57,337 nucleotides of DNA from the IMG/VR virus record IMGVR_UViG_3300021371_000016, positions 1-57,337 of that record, one strand, 5' to 3'. Under the pieces are notes generated by a model. That model did not search any database and was not told the origin of the DNA. It saw only the letters and a list, made by a program, of their open reading frames with translations. Both the position numbers and the translations under genes were made by a program. Positions 19,431-28,030 of the stretch are shown piece by piece; within the stretch, counting starts at the first letter, position 1, and every line of letters starts with the position of its first letter. This DNA is from a virus (Duplodnaviria; Caudoviricetes).

Positions 19431-19845
19431 ATTGTGCTATTCTTTTAGAGACCTTTACATATGTTTCCATAAATACCGGGTCCGCTGTTATTAATCTATG
19501 CTTTGCAGTTTGATATTGATGCATTACACTACAATGTTTTCTATTTATATAGTTGCCAATCTTATCAAATGTATAACCAGCTCCTCTAGCAAAGAATGAA
19601 AAGATTGTACAATAAGTTACAAAGTCCGGAACCCTAGTTCTTAAAGTTGTAGATCTCCAGTAAGACAACCATTCAGGATGTTCTTCTTCCATTACCGCTA
19701 TAATACATTCTTCTAGTGTTTTTAAATCTAAAGTCTTATCTTTAGCATCTGATATTACATATGCTCTTATTCCATATTTATCTAATACTTTTTGCTTAAA
19801 TTCATCTACTTCGGAATGAAATGCAGACAGTTCATTTTGTTTCAT
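19396..19845 (-). CDS. DnaA C-terminal (domain IV)-like HTH protein
   Basis: RTR....V...IFSFFAR..GYTFDKIGNYINRKHCSVMH resembles the DnaA_C IG..F.RDHTTV.H helix. Confidence 0.6.
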   Translation of the reverse strand: MKQNELSAFHSEVDEFKQKVLDKYGIRAYVISDAKDKTLDLKTLEECIIAVMEEEHPEWLSYWRSTTLRTRVPDFVTYCTIFSFFARGAGYTFDKIGNYINRKHCSVMHQYQTAKHRLITADPVFMETYVKVSKRIAQYVGIIPKNSKI

Positions 19846-19866
19846 AAAATGTTGGTTTATAGTTAA

Positions 19867-19874
19867 TAAAGATA
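19867..19874 (-). promoter_or_regulatory. Bacteroidota-type promoter (-7 TATCTTTA with upstream TTTG)
   Basis: Minus strand TTTG-(about 20 nt)-TATCTTTA upstream of the 19845 start. Confidence 0.5.
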
Positions 19875-19890
19875 CGAAAATTACAAGGTT

Positions 19891-20604
19891 TTACCAAATA
19901 ATTCTATCTTGATGATCAAGAGAATCATTGATTTTTCTAAATACATCTTGAGAGTCCCATTTACCTCCTTTGTAAGCTGCACTAGCCGGATGAGCAACCT
20001 TATGAATAATTTGTTTATCTAATCTCAATTGCCATTCCTCAGCTTTTTTACCAAGTAATACAACCTGTAAATCTTTAAACTCACGGTTTATAGATTGAAG
20101 TATATGATGTGTAAATGGTTTCCACAAATCATAATGACTACCTATCTTACCAATCTGTACAGTAAATGCTGTATTTAACATTAGTACACCTTGATTACTC
20201 CATCTTTTTAAATCTAATGGATCATATAATAAATCATTAGTTCTAAATGCCGGGTATTGTCTTTCTAATTCACTGAATATATATCTTAAAGAAGGTTGAG
20301 GCTTGTCGTTATTAGAACAACTAAATGAAATACCATCGGCTACACCTAATTGAGGATATGGATCCTGTCCTATAAATATAACCTTAAGTTTATCATAAGG
20401 ACACTCTTCAAAAGCTCTAAACAAGTCTTTAAGCTTTGGTGTGAATCTGCGATCTTCTTCAGCTTCAGTTTTTAGTTTATATATTAGTTCATGAAAGCCT
20501 TTTGAGTTTATCATTGATGAAAATACATCACCCCAGCCTGCTTCAATTAGTTTTACAAGCATTTTTTCTTGTATATCCGTTATGTTAATATTTATTTTAT
20601 TCAT
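19891..20604 (-). CDS. ung: Uracil-DNA glycosylase, family 1
   Basis: GQDPY, ADGISFS, PSLR.IF.EL, W..QGVLMLN, HPAS. Confidence 0.93.
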   Translation of the reverse strand: MNKININITDIQEKMLVKLIEAGWGDVFSSMINSKGFHELIYKLKTEAEEDRRFTPKLKDLFRAFEECPYDKLKVIFIGQDPYPQLGVADGISFSCSNNDKPQPSLRYIFSELERQYPAFRTNDLLYDPLDLKRWSNQGVLMLNTAFTVQIGKIGSHYDLWKPFTHHILQSINREFKDLQVVLLGKKAEEWQLRLDKQIIHKVAHPASAAYKGGKWDSQDVFRKINDSLDHQDRIIW

Positions 20605-20611
20605 ATATTTG
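20604..20611 (+). promoter_or_regulatory. Bacteroidota -7 promoter element TATATTTG
   Basis: Perfect TAnnTTTG 17 nt upstream of ATG 20629. Confidence 0.55.
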
Positions 20612-20628
20612 TTATTAAAATTAATATT

Positions 20629-21039
20629 ATGTCAGAAGATAAAATTGATATTAGTGATGGAATTGACTTCACAAAAACAATCACCGACATTTCAATAAGT
20701 ACATCTTACATTTTTGGTTTGGAACAATTAATGGTTCACTATATTACTAATATGGATAATCCTGGTATTATAAAACCAATGTTTGAAAAATTTGATTCCA
20801 TAATAAAAGGAGAATTTGATGTAGAATCTAATCCTCTTAATGAACAAGAACTTCATCTATATACTTTATTTTCTTTACAGCAACTTTTTAGAGCTAAAGC
20901 CTATGAACAAGGTCACGATATAAAGATTAATAAAACAGTAAGTAAAAATCTTGTTGATAAATTACTAAAAGCTACTTTAGAAGGTGATCTTGAGGAGATA
21001 AAAAAACTCAATGAAGAAATACAGAAAGATCTATCTTAA
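20629..21039 (+). CDS. Counter-oriented hypothetical protein
   Basis: Start refined to MSEDKI at 20629; fills the gap between ung and the NinB-like gene. Confidence 0.7.
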   Translation: MSEDKIDISDGIDFTKTITDISISTSYIFGLEQLMVHYITNMDNPGIIKPMFEKFDSIIKGEFDVESNPLNEQELHLYTLFSLQQLFRAKAYEQGHDIKINKTVSKNLVDKLLKATLEGDLEEIKKLNEEIQKDLS

Positions 21040-21414
21040 CTGTATTCCTTGTTCATCACCAATTCTTAAACATTCTTGAATACAAAGATTTAATTCATCT
21101 TTATCACAATCTGCAAAAGATTTACAATACTCTTTTTTATCTCTCATAAAACAAAGGCCGGTTTGTCTTTTTATAAGGAGCTTCATCTCCATAAAAGTAT
21201 AGCCTATGTCATTTGCTAGTTCTCTAATCATAGCATGCAATCTTGCAAGCTGGGCATTGCTGCCTTTCTTAGTACTAACGCTTATAAACACTTCCATTTG
21301 AGTACCATCAGGTACATCTTTGAGAAATGCATTTAATCTTGTCTTTTGAACTTTTGAAGGAAAATCAAGCTCTCCATCTTTGACAGAGAGCTTTCCAAAA
21401 AAATTATTTTTCAT
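21031..21414 (-). CDS. NinB/YbcN-like recombination protein
   Basis: SNAQLARLHAMIRELA..IGYTF.EMK...KSFADC.KDEL pattern. Confidence 0.6.
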   Translation of the reverse strand: MKNNFFGKLSVKDGELDFPSKVQKTRLNAFLKDVPDGTQMEVFISVSTKKGSNAQLARLHAMIRELANDIGYTFMEMKLLIKRQTGLCFMRDKKEYCKSFADCDKDELNLCIQECLRIGDEQGIQLR

Positions 21415-21985
21415 ATAAATCTGTTATAGCATCACTGGTTAATGTATATACAACACATTTCAGCTTTGCTGATTTTAAAACTCTATTTGCCCAAGTATTA
21501 CATGTATTAGTTCCACTATAATTTCCATGTGCTAAATAAAATTTAGTATTAGGATAATTAAACTTACACTTATACTCATGCATTCCTGATTTAAACGTTC
21601 TTTTTATGTATCCTCTTACTGCATTATATTGCTCTTCTGAACATTTAACTTTATACCATTTAGAGTTTATTGAATTGTATTTAACAACTCTAATTAAACT
21701 TTCAGGCTCTGTAAATAATGCTTTAAAGGCAATACCATATGTCAAATCATCCCAAGTCCCAACTTCTGTAAAAAATATTTTAGAACCCCATCCGTATGCT
21801 TTATAGCATTGATCTTCATAAAAGACAAAATCAATATGATCACCGTTATTTGATAAATAAAAAGTTTTATCATTTGATGTACTATGTTCATTCATAGGCA
21901 TATAATGTAGTGTAATTACTGAAATTGTATATACACTACAGACAATAAAAAAACATATTAAGAATTTTATAATCTTTTTTATCAT
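21404..21985 (-). CDS. DUF2459-like protein with N-terminal signal anchor
   Basis: H.DFVF, YGWG..FF, W.DLT..A.KALF, FY.A.G.YS..NTCNTW. Confidence 0.8.
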   Translation of the reverse strand: MIKKIIKFLICFFIVCSVYTISVITLHYMPMNEHSTSNDKTFYLSNNGDHIDFVFYEDQCYKAYGWGSKIFFTEVGTWDDLTYGIAFKALFTEPESLIRVVKYNSINSKWYKVKCSEEQYNAVRGYIKRTFKSGMHEYKCKFNYPNTKFYLAHGNYSGTNTCNTWANRVLKSAKLKCVVYTLTSDAITDLYEK

Positions 21986-22209
21986 TTAAATCTCAATGCT
22001 TTACCAACGCGTATAAAATCATAACCACATTCAACACATACTAGCTCATTATTTTCTTCAGATACTAAATTATCTGTAAAACAATTTGGACATAGTTCCT
22101 CTCTCTCCTGGAGCTCTAGTTGCCTAGCTCTCATTTTAAGATATTCATTTGGTTCACCGTCCCAACCGGCATTCATCATGTCAATGTGTAACTCACTCAT
22201 CTTACCCAT
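21982..22209 (-). CDS. Small zinc-ribbon protein
   Basis: CPNC...CVECG. Confidence 0.65.
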   Translation of the reverse strand: MGKMSELHIDMMNAGWDGEPNEYLKMRARQLELQEREELCPNCFTDNLVSEENNELVCVECGYDFIRVGKALRFK

Positions 22210-22334
22210 TGTTAGGTACGTGCTTAGTCTGTGAAATAATACGCGTTTGGCCTTTACGGTTTTTACCGTTACCTTCAGTGTGAATTATAACCTGCTTCAT
22301 CTTTCCATTCTTTGATACTGATACTGTTTTTTCT

Positions 22335-22583
22335 TTACTCATTTTCTTTAATTTTATTAAAAACGTCTATTAATTCTTTTACAAGATTTATATCTCTTAT
22401 TACCAATCCAAGATCATCTATGTTAACACGTAGCTCTTTTTCTTTATTAAGGTTATCACCAGCTAAATACAGGCTACTACCAACTTGTTTACGAAAGTAA
22501 TAATAATCATAACCATTATCACTTTCTTCATCATATACCATAACTTTCTCAAAGTTTAGATTCATTAGTTCTTCTTCAGTCAT
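22335..22583 (-). CDS. Hypothetical protein
   Basis: 82-aa ORF, MTEEELMNLNFEK...YDYYYF. Confidence 0.65.
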   Translation of the reverse strand: MTEEELMNLNFEKVMVYDEESDNGYDYYYFRKQVGSSLYLAGDNLNKEKELRVNIDDLGLVIRDINLVKELIDVFNKIKENE

Positions 22584-22905
22584 TTTTTTCTAAATTTTTC
22601 CATGATAATATTGCTTCTCTAACATGCTTACCAAACTCAGCATCATTTGGATACTTTTTCATCAAATGTATTACTAAAGCAGTAATATTTGGCATAGCAA
22701 TTAGTTCATTGTCTACACTGTATATATCTGTATTAGTATTACTATCTACGCTTTTTACCTGTCTGTATTCATTTAAATCTTTACTCATAAGTTTATATTT
22801 TTTTAGTTTTGATTGTAAAGACTTGCATCCTTTATAATCTCCATATGATCCTCCGCAAGCAACTCTTGCAAATTCAAGCATGTTTTTATCGGTCCATTGC
22901 TTCAT
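22576..22905 (-). CDS. Hypothetical protein
   Basis: 109 aa, C-terminal KKYPNDAEFGKHVR small phage motif. Confidence 0.65.
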   Translation of the reverse strand: MKQWTDKNMLEFARVACGGSYGDYKGCKSLQSKLKKYKLMSKDLNEYRQVKSVDSNTNTDIYSVDNELIAMPNITALVIHLMKKYPNDAEFGKHVREAILSWKNLEKND

Positions 22906-23062
22906 CTTCTTTGTTTTTTAAGCGTATAATAGTATCATTTTCAATACTGCTGAAATAGCCCATAGTATTAATGTAATAAACTTTAGTATACATAGACCTA
23001 TAAAAAGCCAAGCCCATATACCACGGAGACTTACTTTATTTCTACTTATATAAATTTCGTGT

Positions 23063-23386
23063 CTACTCATAAGCTGCTTCTATTTCTTCGTTTTCTTTCA
23101 TATCTTCAATGAAGCTTGCTAGTTCACCCCATACCATAAATCTATTAACTCCGTATTCAAATATCATCCAATCATATGTACCTTCCTCTATTTGCTCTTC
23201 ATATTGTTCATACAACTTTTCAGCAATTGGCATTAAATATTCCCAACCTGGGATATCTTCCATGTCATCTAATTCTTCTCCACTGTAGTCAACTAATCTC
23301 TGATTCTTTTTAACTATAGCATGCATTCCATCATGTTTTCTAGTTGCTTTTAATAACTCTTTTATATGCTCATCTGATCTACTCAT
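23063..23386 (-). CDS. Acidic hypothetical protein
   Basis: 107-aa ORF. Confidence 0.65.
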   Translation of the reverse strand: MSRSDEHIKELLKATRKHDGMHAIVKKNQRLVDYSGEELDDMEDIPGWEYLMPIAEKLYEQYEEQIEEGTYDWMIFEYGVNRFMVWGELASFIEDMKENEEIEAAYE

Positions 23387-23515
23387 AATTTACTTTTTTT
23401 CTTTTTACTTTTGCTATCTAATGTCTCTAGACATTCTTTACATACCCACACTCCAAGATCCTCCATTTCAGATCTTTCTTTTTCTTCTCTACATTTATAA
23501 CAAGGTATAGCCATA

Positions 23516-23836
23516 TTATTTATTATTTAAAGGTACTGCTACCATAGCACTACCACGGTGATTAAAAAATATTACAAACTTATATCCATCCATTTCAAAA
23601 GTTTTTAAAAATCTAGGATCACCTGGATGCTTATAATATTTAACATCAATCATCTCAGCTTTACTCCATTCTTCATCTGCAACCTCCGTTCTTGTTTTTT
23701 CTTGTTCTATAGCATTACACCCTACTAAATGGTATAGTAAGCCAAGAGTACATATTGTTAATAAAACAATAAATCTAACTCTTGCGCCTTTATTAGTTCC
23801 TAACCATTTATCAAATTTTTCAAATTTATTCATCAT
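23516..23836 (-). CDS. Membrane-anchored / possible lipoprotein
   Basis: Hydrophobic helix ending LVGC; AAACCAAAACAAAG leader. Confidence 0.6.
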   Translation of the reverse strand: MMNKFEKFDKWLGTNKGARVRFIVLLTICTLGLLYHLVGCNAIEQEKTRTEVADEEWSKAEMIDVKYYKHPGDPRFLKTFEMDGYKFVIFFNHRGSAMVAVPLNNK

Positions 23837-23848
23837 CTTTGTTTTGGT

Positions 23849-24040
23849 TTAATCATTAAGATATTCTGTTGGAACTTCAGAAAACACTAGATGTTTCTCA
23901 TCTTCTGTTAAATCTTCAATGTCCCCACAAACTAGAGTATAAACACCTTGTTGTGCGATATATGACTTTTCCATTTCTCTAGCTAAAATTTTAGCGTCCA
24001 CTTCTGTTTTAACTACTATGCTAATTGTTACTTTTTTCAT
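23849..24040 (-). CDS. Hypothetical protein
   Basis: 63 aa with the same 18-nt leader as the 23836 ORF. Confidence 0.6.
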   Translation of the reverse strand: MKKVTISIVVKTEVDAKILAREMEKSYIAQQGVYTLVCGDIEDLTEDEKHLVFSEVPTEYLND

Positions 24041-24052
24041 CTTTGTTTTGGT

Positions 24053-24202
24053 TTAGTTTCCTATAATTTTAAAGGCTTCTTCTAAAGCCTTTTCAAATTT
24101 TTTATAATTTTTGAAACCTATTCTTTTAGATAGTTTCACCACATTAATGTTTTCATCTGCTAACATTAGCATTAATCCTTTAATAATTTCTTCTTCACTC
24201 AT
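24053..24202 (-). CDS. 49-aa hypothetical protein (MSEEEIIKGLMLMLAD...)
   Basis: Read manually; TAAAACAAAGATG leader; fills the gap after clpS. Confidence 0.55.
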   Translation of the reverse strand: MSEEEIIKGLMLMLADENINVVKLSKRIGFKNYKKFEKALEEAFKIIGN

Positions 24203-24209
24203 CTTTGTT

Positions 24210-24482
24210 TTATTCTATTTCTACTGTTAATTCATGTTGAGTTAAAGCATCATATATAGGTTTTAGATCGTCAAAGGTTCCGCATTTAATTTTACATTTA
24301 CCTTTATTATGCACAATCAAACTACATTGCTCAGCCTGATTCAATTCATGCTCACAATATTTCATTAAGCAAAATATTACTAATTCAAATGTGTTTACAT
24401 TATCATTATATAGAACTAAGTTCCTTGAGTTAACTTCTTTAATCAACTCATCTATCTCTTTTTCTGTTATCGTTTCACTCAT
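24210..24482 (-). CDS. clpS: ATP-dependent Clp protease adaptor ClpS
   Basis: LVLYNDNVNTFELVI.CL......QAEQCSLIVH.KGKC..K.G, Bacteroidota-type ClpS. Confidence 0.9.
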   Translation of the reverse strand: MSETITEKEIDELIKEVNSRNLVLYNDNVNTFELVIFCLMKYCEHELNQAEQCSLIVHNKGKCKIKCGTFDDLKPIYDALTQHELTVEIE

Positions 24483-24491
24483 AATAATTTA

Positions 24492-24567
24492 GAATACGCG
24501 GGGGAAAACTCGCCTTACAGTCTTCCCTATTCATTCAGTGATTTGGCCTACTGAAACCCGCTTATTC
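24492..24567 (-). ncRNA. Three-way-junction RNA element in the clpS leader
   Basis: P1 GCGG/CCGC extended by GAATA/TATTC, P2 TCAGT/ACTGA, P3 GGGAAGACT/AGTTTTCCC. Confidence 0.5.
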
Positions 24568-24570
24568 AAC

Positions 24571-25716
24571 TTAAGTATTTAAAGGATTATAATATTCTAT
24601 TTTATTTTGATCAAAATCTTTTAGGGCATTACTTACCCACTTTTCATCTTGTGTATCTTTATAACACAATATATGACATGTTGCTGTTTGATCTGGAGAA
24701 AGTCTTAATAATCTACCTATTCTTTGTGCCGATTTCCTATTATTACCATAAGCATGCATAATAATACCTTGACGCAAATTAGGAATAGATATACCCTCAC
24801 TGAGCTGTAATACAGAAGATAATTTATCAATTCTTCCATCACTAAATAATTCTAAATTTTCTTCAGATTTTGGATTACCTGAATGATAACTATGCTTACA
24901 AACTCTATCTGCTTGTTTATGCGTATTAGCAAATATAATACACTTAGATGAAATATTCTTAAGAATGCCTTTTAGATATTCTTCTTTTGTAGTATATTCC
25001 ATCAATCCTCGCATTCTCATAATTGCAGCCATTTGTTGTTGTTTTCCACTCATAGCTTCTTGGCAACGCCTGTTTAAATAACCATAGTCTTTAAATTCTG
25101 ATGTATACCATACTCCACCACTCTTATTTTTCTTTTGAAGAGTTGGTAACTTAGATAATTCTAATTGATGTATAACTATTTTATAATCATTTAGTATTTT
25201 ACTATCTGTTGCATCATCTACTGAAAACTTATATACTATTGGACAGTATTTATGGACCATACTATACTTTTCTGATCCTTTATTAACAGGTGGTGTACCA
25301 GTTAGCCCCAAAATCTTCCCATTATAGTTTTTAAGAAATTCTTCATGTGAAAATAATAAGTTATGACACTCATCTAAATAAATTAGATTATAATGACTTG
25401 GATCAAGTTTGTTTATAGATCTATAATTAACAAATACAATTTGTTGTTTGATAACTTCTAAATCTATCTCATAATACTCATCTGATAAATCTTTAAACTG
25501 ATCTGCCATCTTCTCCATTTCATCATTCCATGAATCTATTACAGCATTCTTTGGTACTACAACCAAATATTTGCATACAGGATGATAATTCTTTATAAGA
25601 TGTTGTAATGCTATTCTAGTCTTACCTACACCCATAGAAATCCCTAAGCCACAACGTTTGTGACCTAGGGTTATTTCTAAAGCTATTTCTTGTATACCTT
25701 CCCTACTAATTTCCAT
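24571..25716 (-). CDS. Superfamily 2 (DExH) helicase
   Basis: MGVGKT, LDECH, LTGTP, EGISIP, QRIGRLLR; start refined to MEISREG. Confidence 0.9.
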   Translation of the reverse strand: MEISREGIQEIALEITLGHKRCGLGISMGVGKTRIALQHLIKNYHPVCKYLVVVPKNAVIDSWNDEMEKMADQFKDLSDEYYEIDLEVIKQQIVFVNYRSINKLDPSHYNLIYLDECHNLLFSHEEFLKNYNGKILGLTGTPPVNKGSEKYSMVHKYCPIVYKFSVDDATDSKILNDYKIVIHQLELSKLPTLQKKNKSGGVWYTSEFKDYGYLNRRCQEAMSGKQQQMAAIMRMRGLMEYTTKEEYLKGILKNISSKCIIFANTHKQADRVCKHSYHSGNPKSEENLELFSDGRIDKLSSVLQLSEGISIPNLRQGIIMHAYGNNRKSAQRIGRLLRLSPDQTATCHILCYKDTQDEKWVSNALKDFDQNKIEYYNPLNT

Positions 25717-26452
25717 AGTACATAAAATCTTTATCAATATCATATTCAAAAGTGCAATCTAGTTGCATCTTCTTAATCATTGCAGGGGTTAATCTATAAA
25801 CTTCATCAGGTGGCCAAGAATTTAGCATATCCTCATACTGAGCACCGCCTCCTATATTATGCACAACTAAATGTGAATCACCCTCCCAATTAACTTTGTC
25901 AACTACAATTCCTGTGTGACCAGCGGCAATATCCCAAAATAAAATATCACCAACATCATATTGATAACCATATTGAGGAACCTTTATATTAGCGCCTATT
26001 CTAGTCAAGTATGTTTGTATATTTTGAGTTCTTCTATGATCAATATTTTTATCAACAACTGTAGTTCTATAACGTTTGTTATATATATCTAAGTTTGCTT
26101 TCATATCATTATGAATTAATTCTTGCAAATCAATATTTATAGATCTCAAAGCTCTAATCACAACATCTGTACAAACACCTATGCGATAACCAACATCTCC
26201 ACCTGGATATCCTATTGCTTTATAACTTCCATCATATGTTGTATTCATCTCAGTTTGATATTCAGCATGCAGTGCAGCTTTTTCCAAGCAACAAGAATTA
26301 TCTATTTTTTCTTTGCTTACTTTTTCAGGTAAAGGTTCTTTTACATAGAGAATATCCATTATTGCATCTGACGTTATACATTTATTTAGGGACATGCAAA
26401 TTCCTCCAATTAAAATAAATGATATCATTAATATTATTCTTGATTTTTTCAT
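25706..26452 (-). CDS. DUF1287 (YijF-like) exported protein
   Basis: Signal peptide; YDGSY..IGYPGGDV...GVCTDVVIRA, NIDHRR, GHTGIV, VHNIG. Confidence 0.88.
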   Translation of the reverse strand: MKKSRIILMISFILIGGICMSLNKCITSDAIMDILYVKEPLPEKVSKEKIDNSCCLEKAALHAEYQTEMNTTYDGSYKAIGYPGGDVGYRIGVCTDVVIRALRSINIDLQELIHNDMKANLDIYNKRYRTTVVDKNIDHRRTQNIQTYLTRIGANIKVPQYGYQYDVGDILFWDIAAGHTGIVVDKVNWEGDSHLVVHNIGGGAQYEDMLNSWPPDEVYRLTPAMIKKMQLDCTFEYDIDKDFMYYGN

Positions 26453-26456
26453 AAGT

Positions 26457-26732
26457 TTATTTTATAGTTTCTAAAATTAAGTTTGCTCTTTCAACTATGA
26501 TATTTATATCAGCTGAATCTAAAGGTCTGTGTGTTTCTATAACATCAATTATTTCTTGAGCATCAGACTCAATATAATACATGTCTTCTAATGTTAAATC
26601 ACATGGACTTTTTTCTTTTATTTTTTGTTTTGTATTTTGTATCATTGCACCACATGAAATTATAAATAAAGCAAATATTGCTATTAATTTTGGTGGCCCC
26701 AGGTACTTTCTAATTATATTCATCTTTTTCAT
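26457..26732 (-). CDS. Putative lipoprotein
   Basis: Basic N-terminus, hydrophobic stretch, IISC lipobox-like. Confidence 0.55.
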   Translation of the reverse strand: MKKMNIIRKYLGPPKLIAIFALFIISCGAMIQNTKQKIKEKSPCDLTLEDMYYIESDAQEIIDVIETHRPLDSADINIIVERANLILETIK

Positions 26733-26991
26733 TTTTTGATATACTAAACCCTAATTCTTTTGCATCTTCAGGGTGAGTTTCTATCCAATTATGACAACTT
26801 CTACATACTGATAGCCAGGTATTTATATCTAATAAATACTTTCCTCTACCTTTTTTATGATGTACATCTGTAGATTTTAATGAACATCTATGAATTTTAG
26901 CTTGGCACATTGGGCGATCAGCAAGCCATTCTTTACGAAGCTTGCTGTATTCCCTCTGTAAACCCGCAAGTTTTTTACTAACTTTTTTCAT
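26710..26991 (-). CDS. HNH endonuclease
   Basis: C..C...DVHHKKGRG...LSVCRSCHNWI. Confidence 0.8.
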   Translation of the reverse strand: MKKVSKKLAGLQREYSKLRKEWLADRPMCQAKIHRCSLKSTDVHHKKGRGKYLLDINTWLSVCRSCHNWIETHPEDAKELGFSISKNEKDEYN

Positions 26992-27503
26992 TTTACAGTT
27001 AAAAAGTTTTTAGGTAGTAGACCTACACTTATAAACCTAAGTATTAAATCTTCATAAGTTAAACCTAAATCTTTTAACCTAGTTCTATTAATATATTTAG
27101 TATCTACCTCTGTAACAGGTACATCTAAAATATTATTGATGAGAGGACTTTTATTTCCAAAAGTTAGCCTTAAAATATCATTAGATCTCTGGTTTACAAT
27201 CACTTGCTTCCATTCATTAATAGTATTTTGACCTCTTTTCCAAACCTTTCTAATTCTACGTTTTTTATCCCAGTGCATTTTAGACACTTCTTCTTTGGAA
27301 TAAACATTTAATCCGTGAAGAACACGTTTAAACATAAAATGTTGTTTTGGATTTAACTTTGTATATTCTAAACTTTGAATATTTAACTTGTTAGCACAAT
27401 ACGCTTCATATATACCATAGTACATATATCTTTCTTCTCTTTTTTTTAGGTCTTCAATTGCGTTCTGCTGATTTAAAATTTTTTTTTGTTCTGGTGATAA
27501 CAT
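26988..27503 (-). CDS. Hypothetical protein
   Basis: 171-aa basic ORF. Confidence 0.7.
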   Translation of the reverse strand: MLSPEQKKILNQQNAIEDLKKREERYMYYGIYEAYCANKLNIQSLEYTKLNPKQHFMFKRVLHGLNVYSKEEVSKMHWDKKRRIRKVWKRGQNTINEWKQVIVNQRSNDILRLTFGNKSPLINNILDVPVTEVDTKYINRTRLKDLGLTYEDLILRFISVGLLPKNFLTVK

Positions 27504-27568
27504 AATATATAAGTTTTAGTTAAAAAATATGTGCCTTATGGTTATTTCAGCACTAGCCCACCTTTTTT

Positions 27569-27790
27569 TTAGGATTTTGTCAAGATGTCTTGTCTTTTTT
27601 TCCATTCGGCTTTAGCAATCTTTAACTTGGCCTTCTCTTCTGGAGTTTTAACAAAAACTTTTCTATTAATAGATACTTTATACCTATTAATCTGTTTTTG
27701 CAACTCTTTTCTAAGATGCTCTGCTAAAGTATTACTTGCGCCTCTTGGAGTTCTTTTGACAAAGACTCTAGTTGCGAAGGAATTCTTCAT
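27569..27790 (-). CDS. Small basic hypothetical protein
   Basis: 73-aa K/R-rich ORF. Confidence 0.45.
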   Translation of the reverse strand: MKNSFATRVFVKRTPRGASNTLAEHLRKELQKQINRYKVSINRKVFVKTPEEKAKLKIAKAEWKKRQDILTKS

Positions 27791-27842
27791 AATTGTGTGT
27801 TCAATGTTAACTTTCTTGACTATCTCATAATTAAAAATTTAA

Positions 27843-28020
27843 GGTGGTGAATAAAATAAACAAGGTGCGCTAGGTGTCTTAGTAGGAATTTTTACGTACT
27901 GCCGCATCTTATGTGCGTTGACTTACATACCACCATACCTTGTTAGTTTGCTTAATATCACTGACTTTACAGTGCCCAATTCGTGGATACAATGCCATAA
28001 AGGACTTATATAATCACCGG
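27843..28020 (-). ncRNA. Structured intergenic RNA candidate (~180 nt)
   Basis: Nested inverted repeats: GGTGA/TCACC outer, AACAAGGT/ACCTTGTT, GGTG/CACC, CGCA/TGCG, CACTG/CAGTG. Confidence 0.45.
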
Positions 28021-28030
28021 AAATTGGATT

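Noticed and set aside
23834-24212. CRISPR-like mini-array
   Set aside because: Repeats are 13-18 nt, non-palindromic and separated by 150-200-nt ORFs; no cas genes. The Cas4-like nuclease at 39838 is a generic phage PD-(D/E)XK enzyme.
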